The notes under the pieces are model-generated. The model ran no database searches, had not been told where the DNA came from, and saw only the letters and a list, made by a program, of their open reading frames with translations. The position numbers and the translations under genes are program-made. A DNA stretch of 60,442 bases from Acidaminococcales bacterium. Its GTDB lineage: Bacteria > Bacillota > Negativicutes > Acidaminococcales > JAISLQ01. Where the stretch lies: NCBI GenBank assembly GCA_031290885.1, contig JAISLQ010000012.1, positions 1 to 60,442 on the forward strand. The letters are read 5' to 3'. This document shows positions 57,073-60,442 of the stretch, piece by piece; position 1 is the stretch's first letter; each line of letters begins with the position of its first letter.

Positions 57073-58230
57073 TTGCCCAAAATCAAACTGGCGGCTATTT
57101 TCGGCACAAGGCCGGAAGCGATCAAAATGGCGCCCGTAGTGCTGGCAATGAAAAAATATCCGGAATACATCGATCCTTTTGTCATTGTAACCGCCCAGCA
57201 CCGGGAAATGCTTGACCATGTACTGGATCTTTTTCAAATAAGGCCCGATTTTGACCTCAATATCATGACCCAGCGCCAAACGCTTTTTGAAATAAGTATC
57301 CGTGCCCTGCAAGGGCTTGGTGAGGCCCTGGGGGAAATAAAGCCTGACCTGGCGCTTGTGCACGGCGACACGACTACCACCTTTATCGGCGCGCTGGCCG
57401 CTTTTTACCGGCAGATAGAAGTTGGCCACGTGGAAGCGGGGCTGCGTACCGGGAACAAATACTCGCCTTTCCCGGAAGAAATTAACCGCCACCTGACCGG
57501 GAGCTTGGCCGATCTGCATTTTGCCCCCACCAGCGCGGCCCGCGAAAACCTCCTGAAAGAAAACATAGCGGCCGGCAATATTTTTATCACCGGCAATACG
57601 GTAATTGACGCCTTGAAAGCCACCGTGCGCGACGATTATGAGTTTGAGCACCCGGCGCTGCGCGAGTGCGTCACGAAAAAAGCGCGGATCGTCCTCGTTA
57701 CCGCCCACCGCCGCGAAAACCTGGGCGAACCATTGCTCGCCATCTACCGGGCATTGGCCAAAATCGTGGACGGGCATCCCGACATTGAAGTAATTTTTCC
57801 CCTGCATAAAAACCCCGCGGTCCGGGAACCGGCGCAGGCTATCCTGGGCGCGAAAAAGCGCGTACATCTTATCGAGCCTTTGGATTACGGGCCTTTTGTC
57901 AACCTTATGTACAGATCTTATATGCTTTTGAGCGATTCCGGCGGCGTGCAGGAAGAAGCGCCGGCCCTCGGCAAGCCGGTATTGGTTTTGCGCGGCAACA
58001 CCGAGCGGCCGGAAGCGCTCCGGGCCGGCACGGTCAAGCTGGCCGGTACGCATACCGACACTATTTGCCGCCTTGCCCATGAACTGCTGGCCGACCCAAG
58101 CGCCTACAAAGAAATGGCGGAAGCCGTCAACCCTTACGGCGACGGGCTGGCGGCGGAAAGAATTGTCCGCACGATTTTGTTCCGCCGCGCCATCCTGCCG
58201 CAGCCCCCGGAATACTTTCGCGATCATTGA
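57073..58230 (+). CDS. wecB: UDP-N-acetylglucosamine 2-epimerase (non-hydrolysing)
   Basis: FGTRPEAIKMAP, TAQHREML, VHGDTTT, HVEAGLRT, SDSGGVQEEAP, NPYGDG. Confidence 0.96.
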   Translation: MPKIKLAAIFGTRPEAIKMAPVVLAMKKYPEYIDPFVIVTAQHREMLDHVLDLFQIRPDFDLNIMTQRQTLFEISIRALQGLGEALGEIKPDLALVHGDTTTTFIGALAAFYRQIEVGHVEAGLRTGNKYSPFPEEINRHLTGSLADLHFAPTSAARENLLKENIAAGNIFITGNTVIDALKATVRDDYEFEHPALRECVTKKARIVLVTAHRRENLGEPLLAIYRALAKIVDGHPDIEVIFPLHKNPAVREPAQAILGAKKRVHLIEPLDYGPFVNLMYRSYMLLSDSGGVQEEAPALGKPVLVLRGNTERPEALRAGTVKLAGTHTDTICRLAHELLADPSAYKEMAEAVNPYGDGLAAERIVRTILFRRAILPQPPEYFRDH

Positions 58231-58333
58231 ACCTGGCTTCAGCCGACGCGGGACTTGCCTTCCCGCATTGTCAGGGGCAGGAAGCGGCATTGCGGCGGGA
58301 AACGGGAAACCCCTGCTTGGGCAGAGCCCGCTT

Positions 58334-58828
58334 TCATTTTGCGATATAGGCGGCGCCCATAAAGACAACCCCGGCAGCCCAGGCGTTTCTTTGCCACTTA
58401 GCCGCCCGCAGGCGGCTTTTCATTTCTCTCTCGTACGCTTTCAAGGATTGATTGGCACTCTCGATTGAGGACAAGGCACTTTTCAAGCTCTCCTTCAAGC
58501 TCTGTATCTGCGCTTTCGATTGCTCGAGTTCGATCAAGGCCGCCTGCAACTCGGCTTTGAGCGCGGCCAATTCCGTCCTCTGCTCTCCCAGCAAGTTCAA
58601 GGCTTTTAAGAGCGCCGCCTCCTGCCGCGTCAAGTTCTGCTCTAACCGCGCCAGCTCCGTTTCGGTTATCCGGTACTGGCGTTCGGCTGCAAATCCAGTA
58701 AGCGGCCAGCAAAACAAAAGCAAAAAAAGCGGCAATAATACAACATGTTTTTTTGCCCAAATCGAGCAGCAGGCTCCGAACATTGGCGAAGAAACCACGC
58801 GTCCGCGTGGATGCTTGTAACGCGTCAA
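58334..58828 (-). CDS. phage coiled-coil envelope protein (spanin-like, frame B)
   Basis: KKHVVLLPLFLLLFCWPLTGFA signal-like segment, long heptad coiled coil, hydrophobic C-terminus RNAWAAGVVFMGAAYIAK; AAGGAG 10 nt before the TTG. Confidence 0.7.
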   Translation of the reverse strand: MTRYKHPRGRVVSSPMFGACCSIWAKKHVVLLPLFLLLFCWPLTGFAAERQYRITETELARLEQNLTRQEAALLKALNLLGEQRTELAALKAELQAALIELEQSKAQIQSLKESLKSALSSIESANQSLKAYEREMKSRLRAAKWQRNAWAAGVVFMGAAYIAK

Positions 58829-58874
58829 TGGTTCTCATCTCCTTTGCGGCAAATTTTTTGCCGTTTTTGTCCAT
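58398..58874 (-). CDS. phage type II membrane protein (i-spanin-like, frame A), overlapping the previous gene
   Basis: GKK followed by TM CCIIAAFFAFVLLAAYWIC, helical periplasmic domain with ECLVLNRECQSIL. Confidence 0.6.
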   Translation of the reverse strand: MDKNGKKFAAKEMRTIDALQASTRTRGFFANVRSLLLDLGKKTCCIIAAFFAFVLLAAYWICSRTPVPDNRNGAGAVRAELDAAGGGALKSLELAGRAEDGIGRAQSRVAGGLDRTRAIESADTELEGELEKCLVLNRECQSILESVRERNEKPPAGG

Positions 58875-59008
58875 AGGTTGAGCACGGACATGTTCCGCAC
58901 TTTGCGCGCCGCCCCTGCCCGGGGCATTTCATTTTTGTTGTTTTCGCTTCAGCTCAATAGTTAACGGGGCGATTTCCCGGACAGCGGCGCGCTTTTATAC
59001 CTGATTAT

Positions 59009-59539
59009 TTATATGCCGCCCTTTCCGTACCAATTGGCCTTTCCCCGCAAAACCTCTCCCCCGCCCCTCACTATCCCGTCAAAGTCCCTCAGCTTCCACA
59101 GGTCCCAACGCTCAAAGGTGGCGGCCGGCCCGTAGCCGTCAAGGTCGGCAGCCTCGGCGTGGGTCATAAAATATTCCGGCGTTATAGGCGCGTTCAGGCC
59201 CCGCGCCAGCGCGGCCATGGCTTTCGCCGCCGTTTCTATCTGCGCGGCGGTCGGCGGGAAATTGCCGGTAGGCAGGCCGTCCTTGCCCACTCCGGCGTTC
59301 AGGGCGCAGCAGAGGGCTATCCCCACCGCCCCGGAATTGCGCCGCCAAGTGTGTCCGCGATGCAGGCTCAAATCTTCGGAAGGGGCAAATATCCTGCCCC
59401 CGCCATCGATGTTCAGGTGGTAGTCATCGAAAAACTGATCGTAGCGCCCTGCCGTCCAATGCAAATATATGCGCGGTTTCAGGCCGGCCTTGGCATCCCG
59501 CGCCATCTGTTCAAGTTTAGGCATGGTTATTTCAATCAC
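59009..59539 (-). CDS. endolysin, N-acetylmuramoyl-L-alanine amidase (Amidase_2-like), catalytic domain only
   Basis: IYLHWTAG, YHLNIDG, HTWRRNSGAVGIALC, MTHAEAA, ERWDL. Confidence 0.88.
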   Translation of the reverse strand: MIEITMPKLEQMARDAKAGLKPRIYLHWTAGRYDQFFDDYHLNIDGGGRIFAPSEDLSLHRGHTWRRNSGAVGIALCCALNAGVGKDGLPTGNFPPTAAQIETAAKAMAALARGLNAPITPEYFMTHAEAADLDGYGPAATFERWDLWKLRDFDGIVRGGGEVLRGKANWYGKGGI

Positions 59540-60008
59540 TTGCCCCGCCCCCCGTCCTTTGCTCTTTTATATGGCGTATCCGGCGCTGGATGAACTCCGG
59601 GATATACTGCCCGTAGCCCAGTTTGTCGACATTTTCCAAAATGGAAATGGCTTCGTTGGCGGAATAGGCGCAGATGGCCATGCTGCGCAGAACGTGCGTG
59701 CCCATGCCGCAGTCTACAAGGTTGCAGAAAGACACTACCCCCAAGATGGCCGCTTTGTGGCCAATGCCGCGCCTCCCCGCGCCGGAGTTGAGTTCCCCCG
59801 CTTTCCCGGCGGCGGCGATGCCGGTGATATAGTCGAGTGTCATTAGTATGGCAAGGGCGTGCAGGGCGTTGTCGAGTCCGCCGAACAGGAAGCTCAAAGC
59901 CGCCCCAACGGACGCGCCAATTCCCATTGCCGCCTGTTCCGGGCGGCTTTGCGGCAGGAGCGTTCCTGCCGCTCCTTTAAGCGTCGTGAAAAATTCTTGC
60001 AGCGTCAT
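59532..60008 (-). CDS. phage holin (holin_4 / toxin-secretion holin family)
   Basis: LMTLDYITG, LNS..GRRGI.HK, NEAISILEN; overlaps the amidase start. Confidence 0.9.
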   Translation of the reverse strand: MTLQEFFTTLKGAAGTLLPQSRPEQAAMGIGASVGAALSFLFGGLDNALHALAILMTLDYITGIAAAGKAGELNSGAGRRGIGHKAAILGVVSFCNLVDCGMGTHVLRSMAICAYSANEAISILENVDKLGYGQYIPEFIQRRIRHIKEQRTGGGASD

Positions 60009-60080
60009 TTTGTTTTCAGTCCTTTCGTGCGTTGTTGTTTCCGGGCATGAAAAAACCCCATGCTTTGGGCAAGGGGCTTG

Positions 60081-60089
60081 TGGTATAAT
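60081..60089 (+). promoter_or_regulatory. extended -10 promoter for the type I toxin mRNA
   Basis: TG-G-TATAAT. Confidence 0.7.
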
Positions 60090-60189
60090 GCTTTTAAGGC
60101 GTTGCGATAACGGTAGGCGGTCAATCCTGCCCCGGAAACGGGGTGATTGACCCGTCCTCGAATGGGCGAGCTTGCCTCGCCGGAGAGGG

Positions 60190-60258
60190 GTGGACTATTA
60201 CAAGCTGGTGTTTCTGCTGGTCTTGCTTTTAGCCGTGATAGTTGCTGTAAAAAAGTAA
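60190..60258 (+). CDS. 22-aa hydrophobic type I toxin peptide MDYYKLVFLLVLLLAVIVAVKK
   Basis: GGAGAGG RBS, GTG start, one TM helix with terminal KK; below the ORF-track cut-off. Confidence 0.75.
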   Translation: MDYYKLVFLLVLLLAVIVAVKK

Positions 60259-60295
60259 CTAACCGCCATTCCCTCACAAGGTAGCGGTTAGTTAC
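60249..60295 (-). terminator. intrinsic terminator of the antisense RNA
   Basis: Minus strand GTAACTAACCGC...GCGGTTAGTTAC followed by TTTTTT. Confidence 0.8.
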
Positions 60296-60341
60296 TAACC
60301 AAAACTGTACGGGGCGGCCGCTTATCGGCAACGCCTTTTCT
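60249..60341 (-). ncRNA. putative antisense antitoxin RNA (about 90 nt)
   Basis: Bounded by a consensus promoter and an intrinsic terminator; overlaps the toxin stop codon and 3' UTR. Confidence 0.7.
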
Positions 60342-60347
60342 ATGCCC

Positions 60348-60376
60348 ATTGTACCCTGTTTTTTAAGGGCTGTCAA
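60348..60376 (-). promoter_or_regulatory. consensus promoter for the antitoxin RNA
   Basis: TTGACA (60376-60371) - 17 nt - TACAAT (60353-60348). Confidence 0.85.
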
Positions 60377-60442
60377 CTGCCCGGCCGTTTTGCCCGCCGG
60401 CAAGCTACGCCGGCTGTTCCCCCGCATTGTTGCCTTCCGCCG

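Larger units (their letters stand above)
58334..60442 (-). mobile_element. lysis end of a prophage (or prophage remnant) continuing beyond the window
   Basis: Holin-amidase-spanin-like cassette plus a type I TA locus; no integrase or att site visible in the window. Confidence 0.75.

Noticed and set aside
57022-58368. 448-aa minus-strand ORF
   Set aside because: Antisense shadow of wecB
60005-60427. 140-aa minus-strand ORF upstream of the holin
   Set aside because: Runs through the TA promoters, terminator and antitoxin; no protein-like features
1-60442. CRISPR arrays, tRNA/rRNA genes, IS transposases, integrase
   Set aside because: None recognisable by eye in this window

Overview
GC-rich chromosomal window from an anaerobic diderm Firmicute. 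Negativicutes is my inference, from the Firmicute-type mre/min/ecf genes plus an outer-membrane beta-barrel and a spanin-like pair. Left two thirds, almost all on the minus strand: lplA; the maf-radC-mreBCD-mrdA-minCDE-rodA-radical SAM pair-rng cluster; a succinate/propionate (methylmalonyl-CoA) operon that lacks the membrane Na+-pump subunit; an electron-bifurcating-type [FeFe]-hydrogenase operon preceded by a kinase/PHP/DRTGG/group-D-hydrogenase module; an O-antigen-ligase-like gene, an MCP, a PepSY protein and an Rmd1-like gene. Then come clpB, ddl, a decayed Fe-alcohol dehydrogenase relic ending in a perfect 52-bp palindrome, and truA-ecfT-ecfA2-ecfA1. The strongest candidate for an undescribed system is the plus-strand operon at 46.2-58.2 kb, a synthase-type exopolysaccharide cluster. 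It encodes an orphan membrane protein, a processive GT2, a beta-helix protein, a coiled-coil/beta-barrel outer-membrane protein and WecB. It also carries a duplicated deacetylase + (alpha/alpha)6-hydrolase module in which each copy appears to have lost the catalytic residues of the opposite enzyme. The window ends in a prophage lysis cassette (holin, amidase, two almost completely overlapping spanin-like ORFs) with a complete type I toxin-antitoxin locus that the ORF track does not show. All assignments come from motif recognition by eye; no searches were run.
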